A DNA stretch of 45,582 nt from Bacteroidales bacterium. Lineage in GTDB: Bacteria > Bacteroidota > Bacteroidia > Bacteroidales > VadinHA17. The stretch lies in contig JADGPT010000002.1 in NCBI GenBank assembly GCA_017882345.1, positions 1-45,582 of the forward strand, read 5' to 3'. The notes under the pieces are model-generated. The model did not search any database. It worked only from the letters and a program-made list of their open reading frames with translations, and was not told the origin of the DNA. Below, piece by piece: positions 8,487 through 17,180 of this stretch. Made by a program: the position numbers and the translations under genes. Positions within the stretch are counted from its first letter, which is position 1; each line of letters opens with the position of its first letter.

Positions 8487-10449
8487 AATAAATGAACTGA
8501 TTGAGATTTCGAAATATTACGGAAGCAATAAGGAATATGTGATTGCAGGTGGAGGAAACACATCATTCAAGGACGATGAAACAATTTGGATAAAGGCCAG
8601 TGGACAAGCCCTTGCAGATCTGAACCTAGATGGACTTGTCGCTTTAAGCAGGCAAATGCTTCATAAGATATCCTCTGGCATTTATTCTGACAGCGCCGTC
8701 ACAAGAGAAGATCAGGTTAAAGAAGACCTGTTCCGAAGTATTCTCGATCCTGGGAAAAACAGGAGACCCTCAGTGGAGACATCCCTGCATGAGATCATTA
8801 AATATAAATTTGTAGTACACCTCCATCCTACTCTGATTAACGGAATACTTTGCAGCAGGAATGCAAAAAACCTTACTCAGAAGCTATTTGGAGATAGTGT
8901 TCTTTTTGTGCCTTATACCGATCCAGGCTATACGCTTTTTAAAAAACTTGAATCAGAAATAATTTCTTATCGTGAGAAATTCTCACACGATCCACAAATA
9001 ATATTTCTTGAAAATCATGGCTCTTTCGTGGGTGCTGACACAACAGAAGAGATAAAGAAATTATATGAGGGTATATTTCAGAAAATTGAAGAACAATTAC
9101 CGCCAATTTCTGATGTTACACCTTTAACATATAATCCAATACTTCATAAAGTTCTTCCAACTATCCGGATTCTGCTATCAGGGGAACAACCCGGTGTAAT
9201 AAGATTTCGCAATAACTCCCTCATTGCCAGATTTTATCAAAATCAGCAGGAGTTTCATAAAATCTCATTACCTCTTACTCCCGATATTATTGTTTACTGT
9301 AAAACAAGATATTTATATATTGAACAATCATCAACTGCTGTGAAGATCCTGGATTCTTTCAGGTATCAGTTGCCTCACTTTATAAGCCAGTATGGATATC
9401 TGCCAAAAGTGGTTATAATCAAGGATATGGGAATTTTTGCCATTGCTGAAACCTTCGCTAATGCTGAAGCTTGTCTTGATGTCTATGAAGACCTTATAAA
9501 AATTAGCTACTATGCATCTCTCTGTGGAGGAATTAAATTCCTGAACCCTGAAGAGGTGGCTTTCATTGATCAATGGGAAGTTGAGAACTACAGGAGAAAG
9601 ATCGCACAACCAACAGGATCAGGAAACAAACTGAGTAATAAAATTGCTATCGTTACAGGAGGTGCCCAGGGCTTTGGAGCAGGAATAGCAGAATCGTTAT
9701 TCGCATTGAATATGAATGTTATAATTGCCGACCTGAATGAAGTGACAGGTAAATCATTTGTCAACTTGTTATCATCTGGAAAAAGACAGAATAAGGCGGT
9801 TTTTGTCAGGACAGACGTTTCTGATGCTGAATCGGTTAAAGAACTCATCATTACAACTGTAAGAGAGTTTGGAGGACTCGATATTATTATAAGCAATGCC
9901 GGAATTCTAAAGGCCGGAGGGCTTGAGGAGATGGATGCTGAAACATTTTCCAAAACTACAGAAGTAAACTACAATGGATATTTTCATTGTGCAAAATACG
10001 CTTCGGAGGTTATGAAAGTTCAGAACCAGGAGAAACCTGGTTACTTTACTGATATAATCCAGATCAATTCAAAGTCAGGACTTAGGGGAAGTAATCGTAA
10101 TTTCGCCTATGCCGGAGCTAAATTCGGAGGTATTGGTCTCACACAATCATTTGCATTGGAACTTGCTCCATTCAGAATAAAGGTTAACTCAATTTGCCCT
10201 GGCAATTTTTATGAAGGTCCTCTCTGGTCAGATCCAACCAAGGGATTGTTTGTCCAGTATCTTAATACGGGAAAAGTCCCTGGTGCGAAAAGCATTGAAG
10301 ATGTTAGAAAACATTATGAGGATATGGTACCAATGAAACGGGGCTGTAAACTGGAAGACGTGATGAAGGCACTTCTGTACCTCGTTGATCAGGAATATGA
10401 AACGGGACAGGCTCTTCCGGTGACCGGTGGACAGGTAATGCTTGGGTAA
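8470..10449 (+). CDS. Bifunctional class II aldolase/adducin-domain protein fused to a short-chain dehydrogenase (RhaEW/YuxG-like)
   Basis: The 659 aa product has an N-terminal roughly 390 aa aldolase-type half. The C-terminal half is an SDR with the Rossmann motif VTGGAQGFGAGIA, NAG (SNAGIL) and catalytic YAGAKFGG. Start is ATG 8470 or 8476; both overlap the upstream stop. Confidence 0.8.
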   Translation: MKMKPEINELIEISKYYGSNKEYVIAGGGNTSFKDDETIWIKASGQALADLNLDGLVALSRQMLHKISSGIYSDSAVTREDQVKEDLFRSILDPGKNRRPSVETSLHEIIKYKFVVHLHPTLINGILCSRNAKNLTQKLFGDSVLFVPYTDPGYTLFKKLESEIISYREKFSHDPQIIFLENHGSFVGADTTEEIKKLYEGIFQKIEEQLPPISDVTPLTYNPILHKVLPTIRILLSGEQPGVIRFRNNSLIARFYQNQQEFHKISLPLTPDIIVYCKTRYLYIEQSSTAVKILDSFRYQLPHFISQYGYLPKVVIIKDMGIFAIAETFANAEACLDVYEDLIKISYYASLCGGIKFLNPEEVAFIDQWEVENYRRKIAQPTGSGNKLSNKIAIVTGGAQGFGAGIAESLFALNMNVIIADLNEVTGKSFVNLLSSGKRQNKAVFVRTDVSDAESVKELIITTVREFGGLDIIISNAGILKAGGLEEMDAETFSKTTEVNYNGYFHCAKYASEVMKVQNQEKPGYFTDIIQINSKSGLRGSNRNFAYAGAKFGGIGLTQSFALELAPFRIKVNSICPGNFYEGPLWSDPTKGLFVQYLNTGKVPGAKSIEDVRKHYEDMVPMKRGCKLEDVMKALLYLVDQEYETGQALPVTGGQVMLG

Positions 10450-10465
10450 ATAAAATTAAGATAAT

Positions 10466-11728
10466 ATGAAAACAAAAGCTGTTAGAATCTATGGGAAGAA
10501 GGATCTTCGCCTGGAAGAGTTTGAATTGCCTGAATTGAAAGAAGATGAGATCCTCGCACACGTCATTTCCGACAGTATCTGTATGTCATCGCATAAAGCA
10601 GCGCTCCAGGGCGCTGATCATAAGCGAGTTCCTGACGATATTCATATTAACCCTACTATTATAGGCCATGAGTTTGCCGGTATAATCCTGGAAGTCGGTA
10701 AAAAATGGCAATATAAATTCAAACCCGGTCAGAAGTTTTCCATTCAACCTGCCATGAACCAGATGGGCACTCTTAATGCGCCTGGTTACTCCTTCCGTTT
10801 TATCGGAGGTGATGCTACACACGTAATAATCCCATCCATTGTTATGGAGGCTGATTGTCTTCTGCCTTACGAAGGAGAAGCCTTTTTCCCCGCTTCGCTT
10901 TCTGAACCGATGTCGTGTATCATTGGTGCATTTCATGCAAGTTACCATACCCATCCTGGAACATATAAACATGATATGGGAATCCGCCAGGGAGGAAATA
11001 TGGCTTTACTTGCTAGTGTTGGCCCGATGGGATTAGGGGCCATTGATTACATATTGCATCAGGACAGAAAACCAGCTTTACTGGTGGTTACTGATATTGA
11101 TGATAACCGCCTGACAAGAGCTTCCAATATTTTCACTCCGGAACATGCTGAAAAAAAAGGAGTTCACTTGGTCTATATTAATACCGGTAAAATGAAAGAT
11201 CCAGCCAGATATCTGCGTGATCTTACAGGTGACAAAGGATTTGATGATGTTTTTGTTTTTGCTCCGGTTAAACCTGTGATTGAACTCGGTGATACAATTT
11301 TGGGATTCGATGGATGCCTGAATTTTTTTGCAGGCCCCATTAATCCGGAATTTAAAGCCGAATTTAATTTTTATAATGTTCATTATGCATTCACCCATAT
11401 AGTTGGTACTTCCGGAGGTAATACCGATGATATGAAGGAATCATTAAAACTAATGGGTGATGGAAAGATCAATCCGGCTATTATGATTACTCATATAGGT
11501 GGACTCGATTCGGTAGTTGATACTACACTGAATCTCCCTCAGATTCCGGGAGGTAAAAAGCTGATATACACTAACATATCAATGCCACTTGTGGCTCTCC
11601 ATAAGCTTGATGAGTTGGGAAAAAAGGATTCATTTTATGCCGGACTTCACGAAATTGTTTTAAAAAACGATTATATCTGGTCACTGGAAGCAGAGAAATA
11701 TCTCCTTGCCAATGCTAAACCGATCTGA
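10466..11728 (+). CDS. Zinc-dependent medium-chain dehydrogenase, 420 aa class (sorbose-1-phosphate-reductase-like)
   Basis: GroES-like N-terminus with DSICMSSHK and GHEFAGIILEVGKK. Nucleotide-binding segment LLASVGPMGLGAID. It starts 16 nt after the aldolase-SDR gene. Confidence 0.7.
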   Translation: MKTKAVRIYGKKDLRLEEFELPELKEDEILAHVISDSICMSSHKAALQGADHKRVPDDIHINPTIIGHEFAGIILEVGKKWQYKFKPGQKFSIQPAMNQMGTLNAPGYSFRFIGGDATHVIIPSIVMEADCLLPYEGEAFFPASLSEPMSCIIGAFHASYHTHPGTYKHDMGIRQGGNMALLASVGPMGLGAIDYILHQDRKPALLVVTDIDDNRLTRASNIFTPEHAEKKGVHLVYINTGKMKDPARYLRDLTGDKGFDDVFVFAPVKPVIELGDTILGFDGCLNFFAGPINPEFKAEFNFYNVHYAFTHIVGTSGGNTDDMKESLKLMGDGKINPAIMITHIGGLDSVVDTTLNLPQIPGGKKLIYTNISMPLVALHKLDELGKKDSFYAGLHEIVLKNDYIWSLEAEKYLLANAKPI

Positions 11729-11792
11729 ATAAAACATTTTTTACTTTTCTGAAGTCCATGAAGGCCACAGAAAACCAAAGAATCTAAATGAC

Positions 11793-12716
11793 CTACTTGC
11801 TTTTCAATTCTTTAGCTAATTCCAGAGAAATGTAATTATCATAGGATAGGCAAACATTGGTAGCAAAATCAACACCCATTGAAATAACTTTTGACCATAC
11901 TTCCTCTCCCATTTTATCGAGCTGATCAATTGTTATTTGATTCCTATAGATTGCTGCCATCATTCCAGCATTAAAATTATCGCCTGCTCCAATAGTACTG
12001 ACTGGTTTTATGGCTTTTACAGCAAATCTTCCTGCATAACTGTTAGTTCTGACATAAACTCCTTCAGCGTTGGCAGTGTAAACCAGACAATTACAGTATT
12101 TTCTGACAACATTAAATGCTTCATCTGGAGTATTAGCCCCGAATATGTTTTTAAAATCTTCATCAGAACCCCTTATTAGTGTTGCAGTTTGCATATTCTC
12201 AATGATCATCGGCTTAAGAATTTCAAGATCAGATGAATGTGTTGGTCTGAAATTCGGATCATAGATCACAATTGCACCGTTTTCTTTTGCCGTGGTGGTC
12301 AGCATCATGAACTTCTTCCTGATCTCACTGGTAATGGCATATATAGAACCGCAAAGAATTATATCATCCTTCCTGATCATTGGGAAATCAATGTTTAACC
12401 GCTTTTCAGGATAGTCCTGGTAAAAAGTGTAATTCGCATCATTTCTTTCATTAAGAAATGCTAGTGCTAGTTTTGTTTTACCGTGTGTAAAATGATCAAC
12501 ATAGTTTGTTCCCACTCCATTTTCTGAAAGGAAGCTATCGATTATTTTGCCAACATTGTCGCTGGCATACTCGCTGATAAAGAAAACCGGCAAACCAATC
12601 CTTCCGAGTGAAATAGTACTGTTAAGCATTGCTCCACCAGCTTTTGCTGCTTGCGGCTGCCCATTTTTGAAAATAATATCAAAAACAGTCTCTCCTATTC
12701 CGTAAATTTTTCTCAT
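11793..12716 (-). CDS. PfkB-family carbohydrate kinase (fructokinase-like)
   Basis: N-terminal GGAMLNS motif and C-terminal anion-hole motif TIGAGDNFNAGMM. The 307 aa length fits the family. Confidence 0.8.
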   Translation of the reverse strand: MRKIYGIGETVFDIIFKNGQPQAAKAGGAMLNSTISLGRIGLPVFFISEYASDNVGKIIDSFLSENGVGTNYVDHFTHGKTKLALAFLNERNDANYTFYQDYPEKRLNIDFPMIRKDDIILCGSIYAITSEIRKKFMMLTTTAKENGAIVIYDPNFRPTHSSDLEILKPMIIENMQTATLIRGSDEDFKNIFGANTPDEAFNVVRKYCNCLVYTANAEGVYVRTNSYAGRFAVKAIKPVSTIGAGDNFNAGMMAAIYRNQITIDQLDKMGEEVWSKVISMGVDFATNVCLSYDNYISLELAKELKSK

Positions 12717-12852
12717 CTTAAATAAGTGTTGAAAATAAGTTATGGCGTGAATTTACTAATTTTAGCTTAATCATCCACCTGATCTACAATTTTACCGGAA
12801 TCCTTTTTCGATACAGTTTTTCAATGACATAAAAAATGCATTAACTTATTTT

Positions 12853-12860
12853 TATATTTG
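12853..12860 (+). promoter_or_regulatory. Bacteroidota-type -7 promoter box (TAnnTTTG)
   Basis: TATATTTG lies 25 nt upstream of the ATG at 12886. It is part of the 14-mer TATTTTTATATTTG (12847..12860), which recurs at 14864..14877. Confidence 0.45.
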
Positions 12861-12885
12861 CTTAGAATAATAAAAACGGTACAAC

Positions 12886-13920
12886 ATGAAAGCAATGATG
12901 CTCACCGGAATCAGACAGATGGAAATGCGCGATATTCCTGAACCAGTTTTAGTGCACTCCACTGACGTTAAAATACGAATGTCGGTTATGGGTATCTGTG
13001 GCTCAGATATTCATTATTATACACAGGGTCAGATAGGTACTCAAAAAGTAGAATATCCCTTCACCGTAGGACATGAGGGAGCAGGTGTTGTTGTTGAAGT
13101 TGGTAAATCTGTAAAAAGAGTTAAATCAGGTGATCAAATAGCAATTGATCCTGCAATGCCATGCTGGGAATGCGATCAGTGCCTTGCTGGCAGACATCAC
13201 ACTTGCCGGCAACTCCGTTTTCTCGGTTGTCCGGGACAGGCCGAAGGCTGTCTTATGGAATACGTTGTTATGCCTGAAAGAAGCTGCTTTCCGCTCACCG
13301 GAAGGCTGACCCCCGATCATGGTTCAATTTCCGAACCTCTTGCGATTGGAGTCTATGCTGTAAAAAAATCTCTCGTTGTTAAAAGTCTTAATATAGGTAT
13401 ATTCGGATACGGACCCATCGGTATGAGTGTGATGCTGGCTTCAAAAGCACAGGGTGCTGGTAAAATATATGTTACAGACATTATTGATGAACGGATTAAA
13501 ATCGCAGTAAAGGAAGGGGCTGCCCTGGCCGGAAACGCTCTGAATGAAAACATTGTCGGAAATATCAGGCATAAGGAGCCTTTGGGACTTGACCTGGCAT
13601 TTGAATGCTGCGGCAAGCAGGAAGCATTTGATCAGGCTATTGAGCTCCTCAAACCCGGAGGAAAACTTATTGTGGTCGGAATTCCTGAATTTGATCGCTG
13701 GTCGATGAATGTTGAATCAACGCGACGCAAAGAGATCTCACTTCAGTTTATCAGACGACAGGTAGATTGTGTAGAAGATGCTCTCGAGATGATGAAAAAC
13801 GGATTGATCACTATTAATAATATGGTTACGCATCGATTCCCATTCGAAAGAACAAAAGAAGCGTTTGACCTGGTTGCAGATTACAGAGATGGTGTTATGA
13901 AAGCAATGATCGATTTCTAA
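12886..13920 (+). CDS. Zinc-dependent polyol/alcohol dehydrogenase (sorbitol / L-iditol / threonine dehydrogenase-like MDR)
   Basis: Catalytic zinc motifs GICGSDIHYY and GHEGAGVVVEVG. Structural zinc cluster CWECDQCLAGRHHTC. Rossmann segment IFGYGPIGM. Confidence 0.8.
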   Translation: MKAMMLTGIRQMEMRDIPEPVLVHSTDVKIRMSVMGICGSDIHYYTQGQIGTQKVEYPFTVGHEGAGVVVEVGKSVKRVKSGDQIAIDPAMPCWECDQCLAGRHHTCRQLRFLGCPGQAEGCLMEYVVMPERSCFPLTGRLTPDHGSISEPLAIGVYAVKKSLVVKSLNIGIFGYGPIGMSVMLASKAQGAGKIYVTDIIDERIKIAVKEGAALAGNALNENIVGNIRHKEPLGLDLAFECCGKQEAFDQAIELLKPGGKLIVVGIPEFDRWSMNVESTRRKEISLQFIRRQVDCVEDALEMMKNGLITINNMVTHRFPFERTKEAFDLVADYRDGVMKAMIDF

Positions 13921-14005
13921 GACTCTGACAGGAAGAAAAGAATTACCGGAGAAGATATGGTTCCCTGATTCTACACCGATCAGTGTAAAACATTAGCCTT
14001 TCATC

Positions 14006-14728
14006 TTAAAAGATATTTTCTCCAAAACGTTTCATTGCTTCTGTAAGGATAGCTTCAGTTGCTGTTGCACCTGAGCGTGTTGCCCCTGCTGTTCTCATCT
14101 TCAGAAGATCATCAAGAGTTCGCACCCCGCCGGCACATTTTACCTGAACTCCGGGTCCTGAATACTTCCGCATAAGTTTCACATCTGCCAATGTGGCGCC
14201 CTTATAGTTGAAATCGCCATTTGGTTGCTTTACGAAACCGTATCCTGTAGATGTTTTAACAAAATCAGCTCCAACTCTGGTGCAAATCTCGCAAAGGCGA
14301 ATCTTATCCTCCGTTTTGGTCACATAGTCAGTTTCAAAAATTACCTTAATAATGGCACCGTTCCTGTGGCAAATATCTGTTACAGCTTTTATTTCATTCT
14401 CCACATAGTCCCAGTCTCCGCCAAGAGTCTTGCCAATATTAATTACCATGTCGATTTCTTTGGCACCGTCTATACAAGCTTGTTCAGCCTCAAACACCTT
14501 GACTTTGGTGGAACTGTTCCCATGCGGAAATCCGATTACACATCCAACAGCGACAGAACTACCTGTAAGTTTGCTGACAGCCGTTTTAACCGCATACGGT
14601 TTAACACAAACTGAAGCTACATCGAATTTTCGTGCAACCTCACATTGTGTTAACAGATCTTCATCTGTATGAGTGGGTTGAAGGATCGAATGATCGATCA
14701 TTTTTGCAAGATCTTTAACGATTGTCAT
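14006..14728 (-). CDS. deoC: Deoxyribose-phosphate aldolase
   Basis: DHSILQPTHT near the N-terminus, SVCVKP, and the Schiff-base lysine context DFVKTSTGYG. The 240 aa length is typical of DeoC. Confidence 0.85.
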   Translation of the reverse strand: MTIVKDLAKMIDHSILQPTHTDEDLLTQCEVARKFDVASVCVKPYAVKTAVSKLTGSSVAVGCVIGFPHGNSSTKVKVFEAEQACIDGAKEIDMVINIGKTLGGDWDYVENEIKAVTDICHRNGAIIKVIFETDYVTKTEDKIRLCEICTRVGADFVKTSTGYGFVKQPNGDFNYKGATLADVKLMRKYSGPGVQVKCAGGVRTLDDLLKMRTAGATRSGATATEAILTEAMKRFGENIF

Positions 14729-14869
14729 CTTATTATCTTATTATCAAATATTCTAAAAATTATTCCCTAAAATCTTTACTAGTCCAGACAATTGACATTC
14801 CTTAAGTAAATAGTGTGTACAATATTATAAAATAAACTTATATTTTCGGGGTATATTTTTATATTTGAC

Positions 14870-14877
14870 CTCCATTA
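14870..14877 (+). promoter_or_regulatory. Bacteroidota-type -7 promoter box (TAnnTTTG)
   Basis: TATATTTG lies 19 nt upstream of the ATG at 14897, inside the 14-mer TATTTTTATATTTG (14864..14877). Confidence 0.45.
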
Positions 14878-14896
14878 TCTGATTAAACCAAGTCGT

Positions 14897-16180
14897 ATGA
14901 AAAACTATAAGATATTCCTTGAAGAACACAAGATGAGAGCCGATGATATAAATATCAATCTTATTGTTGAGTTGTTTACTTCAGAGATGTTAAAAGGACT
15001 GGAGGGAAAAGAAAGCACACTCCGGATGATACCAACTTATATAGAAGCTGATAATCAATTTCTTACCGGCGTCCCGGTAGTTGCTGTTGATGCTGGAGGA
15101 ACTAATTTCAGAGCCGCCCTTGTTGAATTTAATGTAGCAGGGAAACTTGAAATTAGCAACCTGATGAATGCAAAGATGCCAGGTCTTGAAGGTGAAATAT
15201 CAAAGGCTGAATTCTTTAAAACTATAGCAGATTATATTAAACCAAATGCAGAACTTTCCGAAAGGATTGGATTTTGTTTTTCATATCCCACTGAAATTCT
15301 ACCAGACAAAGACGGTAAACTGCTGCAATTTTGTAAAGAAGTTCAGGCACCTGAGGTAGTTGGAGAGCTGATAGGGAAAAACCTGCTTGAAACTCTTGGA
15401 ATGCCAGAGAAACAAATTGTTTTATTAAATGATACTGTTGCAACTCTTCTTGCCGGCAAATCAGCTTCCTTCGGTCGGGAGTATGACTCATTTATCGGTT
15501 ATATCCTCGGTACAGGCACAAATACATGTTATATTGAAAACAATAGGAATATTCTGAAACTCAAAAGCCTTGATAAGGCAAAAAGCCAGATTATCAATAT
15601 TGAATCAGGAGCATTTGGAAAAGTTCCCCAGACAGATATTGATATCGCATTTGATAATACTACAGTTAATCCGGGAAATTACAAATTTGAAAAAATGTTT
15701 GCCGGAGGGTATTTTGGCGGCCTCTGCCTGATGACTTTAAAATCAGCCGCTAAAGAAGGCGTTTTTACTGGAACCGTAGTTTCAGCTATAATGTCATTAA
15801 AGGAACTATCATCCGGGGATGTAAATAATTTTGTCTTCAATCCTGGTTCAGGCTGCGGCCCATTGTATGACATTATGAAAGATAAGGTCGATGAAGAAAA
15901 ATGCATTGAAATCATAGAATGCCTGATTGATCGTTCAGCAAAACTCGTAGCTGCAAATATGGCAGCTGTTATACTTAAGACCAACAAAGGAAAATCAGCA
16001 CAACGTCCAATATTGATCACTATCGAAGGAACTACTTTTTACAAAATGCATAAATTGAGATCATACTTTGAAGTGTACCTGAAAGATTATCTGAAAGAAG
16101 AAAGACTTAGATTTTATAAATTTACAGAAGTTCAACAATCCAGTCTGGTAGGCGCTGCTCTGGCAGCCCTGATAAATTGA
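14897..16180 (+). CDS. Hexokinase-family sugar kinase (eukaryote-type hexokinase fold)
   Basis: Phosphate-1 motif VVAVDAGGTNFRAALV, LLNDTVATLLAG and GYILGTGTN, in the order found in hexokinases. Length is 427 aa. Confidence 0.8.
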   Translation: MKNYKIFLEEHKMRADDININLIVELFTSEMLKGLEGKESTLRMIPTYIEADNQFLTGVPVVAVDAGGTNFRAALVEFNVAGKLEISNLMNAKMPGLEGEISKAEFFKTIADYIKPNAELSERIGFCFSYPTEILPDKDGKLLQFCKEVQAPEVVGELIGKNLLETLGMPEKQIVLLNDTVATLLAGKSASFGREYDSFIGYILGTGTNTCYIENNRNILKLKSLDKAKSQIINIESGAFGKVPQTDIDIAFDNTTVNPGNYKFEKMFAGGYFGGLCLMTLKSAAKEGVFTGTVVSAIMSLKELSSGDVNNFVFNPGSGCGPLYDIMKDKVDEEKCIEIIECLIDRSAKLVAANMAAVILKTNKGKSAQRPILITIEGTTFYKMHKLRSYFEVYLKDYLKEERLRFYKFTEVQQSSLVGAALAALIN

Positions 16181-16270
16181 TAGTTACACCTGAAAACTTT
16201 AGAACTCTTTTTTTCAAAAGAAATTCCTATCTTGGATTTCAATAAAAGGGAACGACATAAAAAGAAAAAA

Positions 16271-17170
16271 ATGAGTAAAATTCTGGTCATCGGGAGTTCA
16301 AACACTGATATGGTGATTAAAACTGAAAAACTCCCGGCTCCCGGAGAGACAATCCTCGGAGGAACGTTTCTGATGAACCCCGGTGGCAAGGGTGCGAATC
16401 AGGCTGTTGCTGCAGCCCGACTTGGAGCAAAGGTCACTTTTATAACTAAAAGAGGCAATGATTTATTTGGAAATCAGGCTGTTGGCTTACTTATGCGAGA
16501 AGGCATCGATACTCAGTATATCGTCAAAGACATTGAATTCCCTTCGGGAGTTGCATTAATAACAGTTGATTCTGCGGGTGAAAACAGTATCGTTGTTGCT
16601 CCAGGGTCAAATGGGAACTTGTTAAAGGAAGATATTCCTCTGGTGATTTTCGAAACCGGGAAATTTGAGATCCTCCTTCTTCAGCTTGAAGTGCCAATAA
16701 GCACTGTAGAGTATGCGGCAGTTACAGCATCAGAACATAATATAAAAGTGATTCTTAATCCGGCTCCCGCATTCAAATTATCAGACAATCTGCTTAAACA
16801 TACCTGGCTGATAACCCCAAATGAGAATGAAGCAGAGACAATCACAGGAGTTGCAATTATTGATCTTCCTTCAGCAGAAAGGGCAGCAGCTTTATTCCAG
16901 GAACGGGGTGTGAAAAATGTAATTATAACATTGGGGGAGAAAGGAGCTTTTGTTAAATCGGTGGATTATACCGGGTTGATCCCCGGAATAAAGGTAAGTC
17001 CTGTAGACACAACAGCTGCCGGCGATGTTTTCAATGGAGCTTTGGCTGTAGCTATTTCAGAGGGAAAAAACATGAAAGGTGCTGTTCTTTTTGCTAACAA
17101 AGCTGCATCTATTTCAGTGACTCGAATAGGAGCCCAGGCTTCAGCACCTTATAGAAATGAAATAAAATAA
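16271..17170 (+). CDS. rbsK: Ribokinase
   Basis: MSKILVIGSSNTDMVIKTEKLPAPGETILG...NPGGKGANQAVAAARLG, NENE, and the C-terminal DTTAAGDVFNGAL motif. I prefer ATG 16271 to the track's TTG at 16232, which would add a Lys-rich leader. Confidence 0.85.
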   Translation: MSKILVIGSSNTDMVIKTEKLPAPGETILGGTFLMNPGGKGANQAVAAARLGAKVTFITKRGNDLFGNQAVGLLMREGIDTQYIVKDIEFPSGVALITVDSAGENSIVVAPGSNGNLLKEDIPLVIFETGKFEILLLQLEVPISTVEYAAVTASEHNIKVILNPAPAFKLSDNLLKHTWLITPNENEAETITGVAIIDLPSAERAAALFQERGVKNVIITLGEKGAFVKSVDYTGLIPGIKVSPVDTTAAGDVFNGALAVAISEGKNMKGAVLFANKAASISVTRIGAQASAPYRNEIK

Positions 17171-17180
17171 TTAAAATCTC

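Noticed and set aside
11745-11774. A hairpin, TTTTCTG N16 CAGAAAA, between the convergent Zn-dehydrogenase and PfkB genes
   Set aside because: The stem is 7 bp and mostly A-U, with a 16-nt loop. That is too weak to call a terminator with confidence. The TACAC-CGATCA-GTGTA hairpin near 13973-13988 is weak for the same reason.
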